A DNA stretch of 62,811 nucleotides. Source: an uncultured Acidimicrobiales bacterium (GTDB lineage: Bacteria > Actinomycetota > Acidimicrobiia > Acidimicrobiales > SHLQ01). The notes under the pieces are model-generated. The model saw nothing but the letters and a program-made list of their open reading frames with translations. It did not search any database and was not told where the DNA came from. Numbering within the stretch: position 1 is the first letter of the stretch; the number at the start of each line of letters is the position of its first letter. The stretch is from positions 1 to 62,811 of the forward strand of contig CALBVK010000037.1 in NCBI GenBank assembly GCA_937969345.1. Direction: 5' to 3'. Shown one piece after another: positions 18,195 through 27,703 of this stretch. The position numbers and the translations under genes are program-made.

Positions 18195-18916
18195 CGTCAG
18201 TTCGAACCAACCGTCCTCGTCGTCCAGAACCCGACGTCCCCGAAATAACGATCGTCCAAGCGCAGCGACAGCGTGTTCGACAGGTCGTTGTTCTCGGAGC
18301 CGGCGGGCACGGCAGGGAACTCGCCGACATCATCCGCGATGTCGCCCAGCAATCCAGCGACGTCAGTCTCCTCGGCGTAATCGACGACAACGAACCCGAC
18401 CGAGTACTTCTCGCCCGGTCTGGAATGCGATTTCTTGGCGGTCGTGCGGCGCTCGACGGACGAGACGTCGACCTCCATATCGGTGTTGGCTATCCCCACA
18501 TCCGCAGAGCGATTGACGAAACGCTCCAACGGCCTGCGGACGCAATCATTCACCCGAGCGCTCTGGTTGGTTCCACCGTTTCGCTCGGAACCGGGGCCGT
18601 GCTCGCGCAGAACGTGATCGTCACAACCAACGTGACCATTGGACGCCACAGCCACGTCAACATCGGCGCGTCGATCTCGCACGACTGTCACCTTGGCGAC
18701 TACGTGACGGTTTGCCCGCACGCAACCATCACAGGCGCTGCACAGATCGGCGATGAAGTATTCATCGGAGCCGGTGCCACACTTCTTCCCGGAGTAACCA
18801 TTGGCGACCGGGCCGTCATTGGAGCTGGTGCGGTCGTGTCGGTCGATGTCGCCCCAGATACGACAGTCGCTGGCGTGCCGGCGCGTCAGATCAACAGTTC
18901 TGACCGATCCCGCTGA
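18191..18916 (+). CDS. NeuD/PglD-family sugar N-acetyltransferase (hexapeptide left-handed beta-helix)
   Basis: VVVLGAGGHGRELADII N-domain plus C-terminal hexapeptide repeats (IGDEVFIGAGATLLPGVTIGDRAVIGAGAVV). ATGA overlap with the upstream gene. Confidence 0.8.
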   Translation: MTSVRTNRPRRPEPDVPEITIVQAQRQRVRQVVVLGAGGHGRELADIIRDVAQQSSDVSLLGVIDDNEPDRVLLARSGMRFLGGRAALDGRDVDLHIGVGYPHIRRAIDETLQRPADAIIHPSALVGSTVSLGTGAVLAQNVIVTTNVTIGRHSHVNIGASISHDCHLGDYVTVCPHATITGAAQIGDEVFIGAGATLLPGVTIGDRAVIGAGAVVSVDVAPDTTVAGVPARQINSSDRSR

Positions 18917-20286
18917 ACAAAACGTCCGTGTCCAGGGCGACCGACAAACGTCCGCTCGTCGATCACGAACGATCCCCGACACAAGACACTGCGCACCTGA
19001 CCGGTCACCTCAACGCCCTCCCAGGCCGAGTTGTCGATCTGCATATGGTGCGATGCCGCCCCGAGCGTATGACCAACGGTTGGATCGTAGATCACGACAT
19101 CTGCGTCTGAACCAGGAGCGAGCACGCCCTTCCGGGGATACATCCCAAACATCCGAGCCGGCGTGGTCGAACAGGTCTCGACCCATCGGGCCAAGCTGAG
19201 CTCGCCGGCAACAACACCTTGATGAATGAGGTCCATCCGGTGCTCGATTGATCCCAGACCGTTTGGAACCCCGGTGAAATCCTCGCCGAGCAACTTCTCG
19301 TTGTCACAAAACGGACAGTGGTCGGTTGCCACCACAGCCAAATCATCGTTGCGCAACCCTGCCCACAGGCTCGACTGCCCGTCGCTCGGTCGAAGCGGCG
19401 GGGAGCAGATGTGTCGGCGGCCCGAAATGCCCGGTTGGTCGAGATGCTCCTCGATCGAAAGATACAGGTACTGCGGGCACGTCTCCGCAAAGATGTTCTG
19501 ACCGCTTCGACGAGCGATCGACACCTGCTCGAGGGCCTCGGCAGACGAAAGGTGCACGATGTACAGCGGCGCTTCAGCCACCGAAGCAAGCGCAGCCGCT
19601 CGATGAACTGCCTCAGCTTCGAGACGAGCCGGACGGGTTCTTCCGTGCCATACCGGGTCGGTCTTTCCCGCCGCCACTGCACGAGCGCGCAAGACATCGA
19701 TCGCCAAACCGTTCTCAGCGTGCATCATCACCATGGCGCCGAGGTCGGCGGCTCGGTACATCGCAGAGATCAGCTGGCCATCATCGCTGTACCACGCACC
19801 CGGATAGGCCATGAAGTACTTAAAGCTCGTGATGCCCTCGTCCATAACGGCGCTCATCTCACGTAACGACTCGTCATCCACCTGGCCCATCGCGAGATGG
19901 AATGCATAGTCGATGGCGCACTGGCCGTCGGCTTCGCTGTGGCGGGTTTCGACAGCGTCGCGAACATGCATGCCGCTGAGCTGCCCAGCAAAGTCCACAA
20001 CGGTCGTCGTTCCGCCCCACGCCGCAGCCGCGGTCCCGGTTGCGAAGGTGTCAGACGACGTGGCCTCAGGTGTCATTTCGAGTTGCAGATGCACGTGCGA
20101 ATCAACACCGCCGGGAAGCACATAACACCCCAACGCATCGACGACCCGTTCGGCCGACTCCTGAGCGCGAACGGAAACATCGCTCCCCGGCGATACCAGG
20201 GCAACGATCTTTTCTCCCTCGATGAGCACGTCGGCGGGAGTTGCCCCCGATGACGACACGACTTGGCCACCCGTTATGACGAACAT
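18886..20286 (-). CDS. dihydropyrimidinase / D-hydantoinase (cyclic amidohydrolase)
   Basis: Start at the internal ATG 20286 (MFVITGGQVV). Motifs: GGVDSHVHLQ, SFKYFMAYPG (carboxylated Lys), MHAENG, TDHCPF. It lies 13 nt downstream of the CapD-like gene and has a 31-nt tail overlap with the convergent acetyltransferase. Confidence 0.85.
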   Translation of the reverse strand: MFVITGGQVVSSSGATPADVLIEGEKIVALVSPGSDVSVRAQESAERVVDALGCYVLPGGVDSHVHLQLEMTPEATSSDTFATGTAAAAWGGTTTVVDFAGQLSGMHVRDAVETRHSEADGQCAIDYAFHLAMGQVDDESLREMSAVMDEGITSFKYFMAYPGAWYSDDGQLISAMYRAADLGAMVMMHAENGLAIDVLRARAVAAGKTDPVWHGRTRPARLEAEAVHRAAALASVAEAPLYIVHLSSAEALEQVSIARRSGQNIFAETCPQYLYLSIEEHLDQPGISGRRHICSPPLRPSDGQSSLWAGLRNDDLAVVATDHCPFCDNEKLLGEDFTGVPNGLGSIEHRMDLIHQGVVAGELSLARWVETCSTTPARMFGMYPRKGVLAPGSDADVVIYDPTVGHTLGAASHHMQIDNSAWEGVEVTGQVRSVLCRGSFVIDERTFVGRPGHGRFVQRDRSELLI

Positions 20287-20299
20287 GCCCCTGATCGTG

Positions 20300-22189
20300 T
20301 CATAGAACGATGGGCTTCGCCGCACTCTCGCGCGAGCTGAACGGGACTCGCTGAGAAAGCTCTCGCATCGAGTTCCGTGCATTGTCGTTCGTACTGTTGT
20401 CGAACAGACCGAGCTGGGTTGGCCGGAACGCTGGCACCGCGACGTGCGAGATCAGCGGATGCGCTCGACGAATATCGAGTTCTCCAACGCTGATCAGGTC
20501 TTCGTGCATCTTCTCACCGGGACGAAGGCCGGTGAAGACGATGTCTATTGGTTCGCCAGCGTTTGCCACCAACCGCTTCGCGACGTCGAGGATCCGCACC
20601 GGCTGCCCCATGTCGAGCACGAGGGCCTCGCCGCGATGCCCAACAGCGCCGGCTTGGATGACGAGCTGACACGCTTCCTGCGGGGTCATGAAGTAGCGGG
20701 TGGCGTCGGGATGGGTAACCGTAATTGGCCCGCCGGCCTCGACCTGGGCACGGAAGGCGGGCAACATCGATCCACGAGAGCCCAAAACGTTGCCAAATCG
20801 AACGCTTACCCAATCTCCGCGACTGCGGTTGGCATACCAAGACGTGAGTTGCTCGGCAATGCGCTTGCTGTATCCAAGAACGCTCGTGGGGTCGGCAGCT
20901 TTGTCGGTCGACACGTTCACGAAGTGCGTCACGCCCGTTTGGGCCGACGCACGCAAGACGTTGTTCGTACCGAGCACGTTGGTCTTCCAGCCCTCCTCTG
21001 CGTACATCTCCAACAAGGGCAAGTGCTTGAGCGCCGCAGCGTGGAAGACCACGTTTGGGCGATGCTCACCGAATACCTCAGAGATTCGGTCGCCGTCACG
21101 AATATCCGCGACGACCAGGTTTCGGGTGTCGAGCAGGGCACGTCCCTCAAGACTCATCTGCACGCCGTGAAGCGCAGACTCGTCTCGATCCAACATGATC
21201 AGCTCACTCGGTTCGAAGCGAGCAATCTGTCGACAGAGCTCAGATCCAATCGAGCCGCCGGCTCCGGTCACGAGGACACGCTGGCCACTCAGGTACGACG
21301 CGATCGCATCGAGATCGGTATCGATCGCTCGGCGCCCGAGCAGATCGGCTTCGGTGACCTCTCGGACGTCGGAGAGCGTCACGATCCCGTCGACGAGCTC
21401 CTGAGTCGGCGGCAAAACGCGTACATCGAGTCCACACGACGTGGCATGATCGGCAACTGCGCGAATGGTCTTCGCGCCAGCGCTCGGGATCGCAATGATC
21501 ACAATCGAACAGTCGAGTTCGCCAGCAACGTCGATCAGCTGGCGCCGGGTACCTCGAACGGGCACGCCTTGGACACGCAGATGTCGTTTGCCTGGGTCAT
21601 CGTCGAGCAACGCAACCGGAACATACCTACTTGATGGATTCTGAAGCATCGACCGAACGAGCTGTGTACCGCCGTCGCCAGCGCCGAACACGATGACCGG
21701 TTCCAACGTGTTTGCGGCCGACTCTCGTCGTGTGGCGCGCTCGTGGGCGTGTCGACGCACACCGCGGATACCGATCATGGCGCACATGGCCACAAACGGG
21801 GAAAGCACACTGATCGCGACGGTGACTCCCAGAGCGGCCGCGCCGACGCGCAATATTGCGAGCAAGACGGTTACCACAGTGACGGTTCCAGAGAGCGCTA
21901 TGACCTCTTCAAAGCTCGCCAGGCGCCACCGCCCGCGATAGAGGCCAGACACGATTCCGAGGACGGCTTGAAGCGTTGCGGCGATACCACCGGCAACGAC
22001 ACCATGCACCAGTGATGCACCAAGCGAAGCGGCACCGACGGCCATTGCCGCTACCCATAGGACGGCGTCTGCAACAAGTCTCAGGCTGAGGTTCGCACGG
22101 AGCAACGTCAGGTTGGACGTGGCCTCCGGGGTCCGAAGACCCCGGAGATACCAAAGCCCGCTCCGCACGCGATTTCGATCTTCCTTCAT
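20300..22189 (-). CDS. membrane-anchored CapD/PglF/WbpM-like UDP-sugar 4,6-dehydratase
   Basis: Four N-terminal TM segments, then VIVFGAGDGG and VLVTGAGGSIGSELCRQI Rossmann motifs. 629 aa, typical of the family. Confidence 0.85.
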   Translation of the reverse strand: MKEDRNRVRSGLWYLRGLRTPEATSNLTLLRANLSLRLVADAVLWVAAMAVGAASLGASLVHGVVAGGIAATLQAVLGIVSGLYRGRWRLASFEEVIALSGTVTVVTVLLAILRVGAAALGVTVAISVLSPFVAMCAMIGIRGVRRHAHERATRRESAANTLEPVIVFGAGDGGTQLVRSMLQNPSSRYVPVALLDDDPGKRHLRVQGVPVRGTRRQLIDVAGELDCSIVIIAIPSAGAKTIRAVADHATSCGLDVRVLPPTQELVDGIVTLSDVREVTEADLLGRRAIDTDLDAIASYLSGQRVLVTGAGGSIGSELCRQIARFEPSELIMLDRDESALHGVQMSLEGRALLDTRNLVVADIRDGDRISEVFGEHRPNVVFHAAALKHLPLLEMYAEEGWKTNVLGTNNVLRASAQTGVTHFVNVSTDKAADPTSVLGYSKRIAEQLTSWYANRSRGDWVSVRFGNVLGSRGSMLPAFRAQVEAGGPITVTHPDATRYFMTPQEACQLVIQAGAVGHRGEALVLDMGQPVRILDVAKRLVANAGEPIDIVFTGLRPGEKMHEDLISVGELDIRRAHPLISHVAVPAFRPTQLGLFDNSTNDNARNSMRELSQRVPFSSRESAAKPIVL

Positions 22190-22232
22190 CGGAATCCATA
22201 TCGGAGCCAGCCGATTCGATGTGAGGGCAACG

Positions 22233-22246
22233 TAGGTCTTTCCGCC
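22233..22246 (+). promoter_or_regulatory. recurrent upstream motif TAGGTCTTTCCGCC (site 2 of 6)
   Basis: Lies 36 nt upstream of ATG 22269. TAGGTC at 22233 is also inverted against GACCTA at 22264-22269. Confidence 0.3.
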
Positions 22247-22268
22247 CAGAAATTTCGCTAAACGACCT

Positions 22269-24719
22269 ATGCCTCATGTCTGCTTGTTCACCGCCGATAG
22301 GGCGAACGGACTAGTTATGAGTATCGACCTACGAGACCAGCTGCGCATCGACGAGGATCCCCAACAGATCCCCGAGATCCTTGACGCCACGCCCCAGCAC
22401 TCCCCAGCGCGTGCTCGCCGTGACCACCAACGTGCAACCGTGTCGCTCATCATTGTTTCGGCGATCCTCTGCATGTTGTTCTCCACGGCCTCACCTGCCG
22501 GCATCGACGTTGCTGACGCGTTGTATCGCGGTGCGTTCGGGGCGCTCGTCGTCTGGGCGGCGTCGCGTTCTCGCCGCTGGACCTGGGCGCTCATCACCGG
22601 GGTCGCGGCCGTCGCTGCTGCCAGCCTGCTCACGCAGCTTCTGGCGATCGCCGGTGTCGCTGTCGCAGCGAACGCCCTACGCACGAGACGGCGCCACCAC
22701 CTCGCCGGCGCCTGTGTTGCGGCCCTATCGATGCCCGCACTACTTACCCAAGGGGCCGGGCCGGTATGGCGCCTTTCGGGCGGCACCTTCGACGACCCAT
22801 TTGCGATGAGCGCAATCATCACGCTCATCGCGACCGCTCCGGTGATCCGTTCCGGGTGGAGAACCTTGTCACGTCGCAAACGCCGACAGATCCGGACTCG
22901 TACTCGGCGGCTCGGTTACGTCATCGGCGGTGTTCTGGCCGCCAGCCTCGCGGTTTGTGCAGCCGCGGTGCCCGCCATGGTCGATGGGCTCAACGAACTC
23001 CGCCGGGCTACAGAGTCGGCCCAAGCGGGCGACTTCGATCAGGCATCGACGCGGTTCGATACCGCTGCTGCGGACTGGGAGCGAGCGAACACGATCGTCT
23101 CTGGCCCCTGGATGGTGCCGGCCCGCCTCGTACCGGTCCTGGGCCAGCACGTTCGCGCAGCTCAGGTCGTCAGCGGGCAATCGAGTGCACTGAGCTCTTC
23201 AGCGGCCGTAGCCACGCGTCGGGTCGACCCCGACTTACTCATCATTGACGGGGCGATCAACCTTGACGAGATCGGCGAAATCACACCGGCCGTCGATGCA
23301 TTCGCCGCTACGGTCGACCGCGCTGCCGAACGCATTGGACAGACCCCCTCGCCGTGGCTCCTCCCTCCCGTCGCAGACCGCGTCGATCGCTCACTCGAAT
23401 TGCTCGTACCAGCCTCTGGCGTCCTGAACGCAGCGGCCGAAGGGCTCCATGTGGGAGCAGAGCTCCTTGGACACTCGCGACCGGCGAACACGCTGGTCAT
23501 GTTCTCGACGCCAGCCGAAGCTCGTGGAACCGGCGGTTTCGTCGGCAACTGGGCCGTGGTCAGCGGCAACGACGGACGAATCGAGATCGCCGCGCAATAT
23601 CGCACCCGGGAGCTCAATCTGCTCCTCGAAGAAAACCGAGCCGAACTTCGCGCCGACGCGGAATACGAAGCTCGATACGGCCGGTTCGCCGTCGAACGCC
23701 ACATTCAGGACGTCACGCTCAGCCCCGACTTCCCATCCGTCGCCCCGGTCGCAGCGGACCTCTTCACCCAAGCCACGGGTGTCGAGATCGACGCCGTGTT
23801 GCTGGTCGACCCGTTCGTGATCGAGAAGCTGCTGCAATTCAGCGGACCGCTCGATCGTGGCGACGGCACGATGTTGACTGGCGCAAATGCAGCGAACGAA
23901 TTGCTCGTCGAACAATACGAACGCTTCGGCGACGACGAATCGGGCCGAGAAGCCGAGCTGCGTGAGTTGACGACCCTCCTGGTCTCGACGCTGCTCGACA
24001 CTCCCCCGGATCCCATCGCCTTCGCGACAGAACTCGCACCACTCGCCGATCAGGACCGCGTCTCGCTCTGGTTGGCCAACGATGCCGACGGCTCGATCGC
24101 CTCACGCCTCGGCCTCGACGGGGCCTTCCCGACATCGAGTGGCGACCTACTGTCGGTGGTCCATCAAAACGCCGGGCAAAACAAAATCGACAGCTTCCTC
24201 GAACGCGACATCGCCATCACGACACGGTTGGATCCCAAGGGCAGCATCGTCGAGCATGACGTCACTATCACCCTCGACAACACCGCGCCGAACAGTGGCC
24301 TGTCGCCAGCGATCCTGGCCTCCAACGACCAGGGCTTGCAGAACGGCACCAACCGAATGGTGCTCTCGGTGTACACCGCCTTGCCCATCACGACAGCGCG
24401 AATCGACGGCGCCGAACTTCCGCTCCAGGCAGAGACCGAGTTTGGCCACTCGGTCTATTCGGCGGTCATCGCAATCCCCGCGAGCGACTTCGTCACCGTC
24501 GAGCTCCAGCTGGCAGGACCTGTCGACCTGGCGAACGGCTACGACGTCACCCTCGGCGCACAACCGACCGTTATCGCCGATGACGTGTCGTGGCACGTGA
24601 TGACGACGACGGGCGACAAGGTCCTAGCGCCGAGCGACTGGGCGAGCAGCAGGGACGGCGCTCGCTGGTCCGCAGTGCTCGACCGAGACAAAACACTCCA
24701 CTTCGACCTCGAGGACTAA
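22269..24719 (+). CDS. DUF4012-like membrane/extracellular protein
   Basis: N-terminal TM region, then FSTPAEARGTGGFVGNWAVVSGNDGRIEI, which I recognise as typical of the DUF4012 family found in actinobacterial glycan loci. Confidence 0.65.
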   Translation: MPHVCLFTADRANGLVMSIDLRDQLRIDEDPQQIPEILDATPQHSPARARRDHQRATVSLIIVSAILCMLFSTASPAGIDVADALYRGAFGALVVWAASRSRRWTWALITGVAAVAAASLLTQLLAIAGVAVAANALRTRRRHHLAGACVAALSMPALLTQGAGPVWRLSGGTFDDPFAMSAIITLIATAPVIRSGWRTLSRRKRRQIRTRTRRLGYVIGGVLAASLAVCAAAVPAMVDGLNELRRATESAQAGDFDQASTRFDTAAADWERANTIVSGPWMVPARLVPVLGQHVRAAQVVSGQSSALSSSAAVATRRVDPDLLIIDGAINLDEIGEITPAVDAFAATVDRAAERIGQTPSPWLLPPVADRVDRSLELLVPASGVLNAAAEGLHVGAELLGHSRPANTLVMFSTPAEARGTGGFVGNWAVVSGNDGRIEIAAQYRTRELNLLLEENRAELRADAEYEARYGRFAVERHIQDVTLSPDFPSVAPVAADLFTQATGVEIDAVLLVDPFVIEKLLQFSGPLDRGDGTMLTGANAANELLVEQYERFGDDESGREAELRELTTLLVSTLLDTPPDPIAFATELAPLADQDRVSLWLANDADGSIASRLGLDGAFPTSSGDLLSVVHQNAGQNKIDSFLERDIAITTRLDPKGSIVEHDVTITLDNTAPNSGLSPAILASNDQGLQNGTNRMVLSVYTALPITTARIDGAELPLQAETEFGHSVYSAVIAIPASDFVTVELQLAGPVDLANGYDVTLGAQPTVIADDVSWHVMTTTGDKVLAPSDWASSRDGARWSAVLDRDKTLHFDLED

Positions 24720-24777
24720 TAGTGGGCAAGTCGCTCGCTTCGTCTCAAAAATTGACAGGTATTGCCGAAGGACACGG

Positions 24778-25389
24778 GTGGAACAGTCCAAACGCGCCTT
24801 TCGACGCCTGAGCACCATCAGCATCGTGCTGCTGCTCGTGATGTCGGCCTTGGGCAGCCCAGCGGGCGCCCAATACGGCGGCGTCTCGGGACTGTTCGTG
24901 ACCTCGTCACCGACCCGTCCCGGCATTGCGGACTTCTCCGGTCTCGGCTGTCAAGGAGGCGAAGAAGTCGTCCTTTACTTTCCGGGACTGCAGCCAACGA
25001 ACACCGATCCCGCTGCGACCCAAACCGTCCCCGGCCGCATCCTTGCAGTGACGACCGCTGTCTCGAGCCCCGATGCGCTTATCAACGGGACGTTCTCGTT
25101 CTCGAACGTGGTGCTTCCAACCGACGTCGAACCCGGCGTGTACGAGATCCACGCTCGCTGCGGCACCCTCGATCTTCGAGTTCTGATCCAGATCAACGGC
25201 GACGGTGAAATTACGATCGATACGGACCCGAACGCACCGATCATCAATGCGACCAACGAAGAAGGCATACCAAGTGCGTTGCCCTTCACCGGCAGCGACT
25301 CGAATCGCATCGTGTCTATGGGTGCGGGTCTGATCGCTGCAGGCATTGCGTTCTTGGCGTTGTCGCGGCGACGCAACGCCACGGCCTGA
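24778..25389 (+). CDS. secreted protein with an LPXTG-type (LPFTG) cell-wall sorting signal
   Basis: GTG start with AAGGA 5 nt upstream. Signal peptide RRLSTISIVLLLVMSALGSPAGAQ. C-terminus LPFTGSDS plus a hydrophobic stretch and RRRN. Confidence 0.75.
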   Translation: MEQSKRAFRRLSTISIVLLLVMSALGSPAGAQYGGVSGLFVTSSPTRPGIADFSGLGCQGGEEVVLYFPGLQPTNTDPAATQTVPGRILAVTTAVSSPDALINGTFSFSNVVLPTDVEPGVYEIHARCGTLDLRVLIQINGDGEITIDTDPNAPIINATNEEGIPSALPFTGSDSNRIVSMGAGLIAAGIAFLALSRRRNATA

Positions 25390-25423
25390 CGCAACAGGAT
25401 TGCTACATATTCGTCCGCCAATG

Positions 25424-25436
25424 TAGGTCTTTTGAC
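25424..25436 (+). promoter_or_regulatory. recurrent upstream motif TAGGTCTTTTGAC (site 3 of 6)
   Basis: Lies 46 nt upstream of ATG 25470. A second TAGGTC occurs at 25461-25466. Confidence 0.3.
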
Positions 25437-25469
25437 TTATCTCATTGGCGAGGTGGCCGATAGGTCAGC

Positions 25470-26732
25470 ATGCGTGATGTTGAACAAACCACGGTCGCCG
25501 TGTTCGGCCAAGGATACGTGGGCCTGCCCGTTGCCATTCGGGCCGCTGACGTTGGTTTCCAAGTCATTGGATTCGATGTAGACGAACACAAGATCAATGG
25601 CCTGCGACGAGGAATTTCTCACGTTGAGGACATCGCCAGTTCGATCGTCGCCGCTTCGATCGAGAACGGGTCCTACTTCCCGACCTCGTCCACCGACGAC
25701 CTCGCCGGCTTCGACATTGCGGTGATCTCGGTACCGACGCCGCTCACGAACGACGCCCCGGACTTGAGATTCATCGAGTCCGCCGTGGACATGTTGTGCC
25801 CGCACCTCCGGCCCGGGGCAACGGTCATCCTCGAATCGACCACCTATCCCGGCACGACCGATGAGCTCGTCGCCCCTCGGATCGAACATGCAACCGGACT
25901 CGTCGCCGATCGCGACTATTTCCTCGGCTATTCACCGGAGCGGATAGACCCCGGCAACCCAATCTGGAATCTCGTCAACACCCCGAAGGTCGTCTCCGGC
26001 GTTGGGCCGGCGTCACTCGACGCGGTCCAGTGGTTCTTCGACCAATGCATTGACAAGACCATCCCGGTCCGCACGACGCGCGAAGCAGAAATGACCAAGC
26101 TTCTCGAAAACACCTTTCGCCATGTCAACATCGCACTGATCAACGAACTCGCGATGTTCGCTCACGACCTCGACGTCGATATCTGGGAAGTCGTGGATGC
26201 GGCAGCCACGAAGCCATTTGGTTTCATGCGATTCACGCCGGGGCCCGGCGTTGGCGGGCACTGTCTGCCGGTCGACCCTTCCTACCTATCTTGGGCCGTC
26301 GAGAATCGACTCGGGAAGACCTTCCGATTCGTCGAACTCGCAAACGACATCAATCGACATATGCCGGACTATGTGGTTCGTCGTCTGCAGGCTGGGCTGG
26401 CCGAGCGAAACTCGCTCAACGGTGCAGAGGTCGTCCTCGTCGGCATGTCGTATAAGGCAAACACGAGCGACGCACGCGAGTCACCGTCGGTCCACGTCGC
26501 GAACCGTCTCATCGACCTCGGCGCGTCGGTGCGAATCGTCGACTCACACATCGACGAGCGAAACATGCCAACCGGCGCCACCGAGATCGACCTCACGGTG
26601 GAGACGCTCGAGTCGGCCGAGGCCGTCATTGTTCTGGTCGACCACGACGATGTCGACATCGACCTGATCGAGGAACACGCCAAGTACGTGCTCGACTGTC
26701 GCGACGTCGTCAACGGCGCCGACAAGCTGTAA
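25470..26732 (+). CDS. nucleotide-sugar dehydrogenase (UDP-ManNAc/UDP-GlcNAc 6-dehydrogenase family)
   Basis: VAVFGQGYVGLPVA Rossmann motif and the catalytic-Cys region GPGVGGHCLPVDP. Confidence 0.85.
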   Translation: MRDVEQTTVAVFGQGYVGLPVAIRAADVGFQVIGFDVDEHKINGLRRGISHVEDIASSIVAASIENGSYFPTSSTDDLAGFDIAVISVPTPLTNDAPDLRFIESAVDMLCPHLRPGATVILESTTYPGTTDELVAPRIEHATGLVADRDYFLGYSPERIDPGNPIWNLVNTPKVVSGVGPASLDAVQWFFDQCIDKTIPVRTTREAEMTKLLENTFRHVNIALINELAMFAHDLDVDIWEVVDAAATKPFGFMRFTPGPGVGGHCLPVDPSYLSWAVENRLGKTFRFVELANDINRHMPDYVVRRLQAGLAERNSLNGAEVVLVGMSYKANTSDARESPSVHVANRLIDLGASVRIVDSHIDERNMPTGATEIDLTVETLESAEAVIVLVDHDDVDIDLIEEHAKYVLDCRDVVNGADKL

Positions 26733-26806
26733 CCCTCCCTAGTAGAACTGGTCGTTCGAGCCCGCTCAGGCCGTAGCTGGTTGTCACCGACAGCTACGCT
26801 TGAGCT

Positions 26807-27694
26807 ATGAAGGTTGCTATTACCGGTTCATCAGGCCTGATCGGCTCCGCGCTGATCACGGCACTCGAGGCACGTGGCGACGAGGTGGTACGCGTCGTGC
26901 GAAGCAACGCTCGTCCCACGGACTGTGCGTGGGACATCTATGCGGGAACCATCGACTCCGAGGCACTCGCTGGTGTCGATGGGGTCGTCCACCTCGCGGG
27001 CGAAGGCATCGGCGAGAAAAAGTGGTCCGACGAACAGAAGAAGAAGGTTCTGGAGAGCCGCACGATGGGCACTGCGCTTATCGCCGAGACCATCACGTCG
27101 CTCGACCCCAAGCCGTCGGTCTTCGTCAGCGGCTCCGCGATTGGTTTCTATGGCAATCGCGGCGATACCAAGGTCACCGAGCGAGACGAACGCGGCAGCG
27201 GTTTCTTAAGCGATGTCACCACCGCTTGGGAAGAGGCCGCACAGCCAGCGATCGATGCCGGCATCCGTACTGCAATGATTCGCACAGGCGTCGTGTTGAG
27301 CACCGCCGGCGGTGCCCTCAAAGAGCAGCTTCCCTTCTTCAAGATGGGCATCGGCGGCAAGATCGGTAACGGTCAACAGTATTGGAGCTGGATTTCGATG
27401 ACCGACCAGATCAACGCGATTCTGCACATTCTCGATAGCGACATTTCCGGTCCGGTCAACCTCACTGCCCCGAACCCTTCGACGAACGCCGACTTCACCA
27501 AAGCCCTTGGTAAGGCTCTCGGGCGGCCCACCTTTCTTCCAACTCCGAAGCCTGCGGTGCAGCTTCGGCTCGGCAAGGAGGCGGCCGAAGAGATGCTCTA
27601 CTTCAGCACGCGTGTCATTCCCGAGGTGCTGCTCGACTCGGGTTTCTCGTTCGCACATCCAACAATCGACGACGCATTCGCTGCGGTTCTCTGA
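26807..27694 (+). CDS. TIGR01777/YfcH-like atypical SDR epimerase (DUF1731 C-terminus)
   Basis: MKVAITGSSGLIGSAL and a C-terminal VIPEVLLDSGFSFAHPTIDDAF. Confidence 0.75.
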   Translation: MKVAITGSSGLIGSALITALEARGDEVVRVVRSNARPTDCAWDIYAGTIDSEALAGVDGVVHLAGEGIGEKKWSDEQKKKVLESRTMGTALIAETITSLDPKPSVFVSGSAIGFYGNRGDTKVTERDERGSGFLSDVTTAWEEAAQPAIDAGIRTAMIRTGVVLSTAGGALKEQLPFFKMGIGGKIGNGQQYWSWISMTDQINAILHILDSDISGPVNLTAPNPSTNADFTKALGKALGRPTFLPTPKPAVQLRLGKEAAEEMLYFSTRVIPEVLLDSGFSFAHPTIDDAFAAVL

Positions 27695-27703
27695 GGTAGA
27701 GCA

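Noticed and set aside
24752-24757. A perfect TTGACA -35 hexamer upstream of the LPFTG protein gene.
   Set aside because: There is no TAnnnT-like -10 element at 16-19 nt spacing (the downstream sequence is GGTATTGCCGAAGGACACGGGTG). A single hexamer is not sufficient evidence for a promoter call.
26772-26798. An 8-bp hairpin (CGTAGCTG-N11-CAGCTACG) 9 nt upstream of the YfcH-like epimerase ATG.
   Set aside because: The stem is short, there is no U-tract and I have no information on conservation. It is compatible with a chance inverted repeat or a weak terminator of the dehydrogenase gene.
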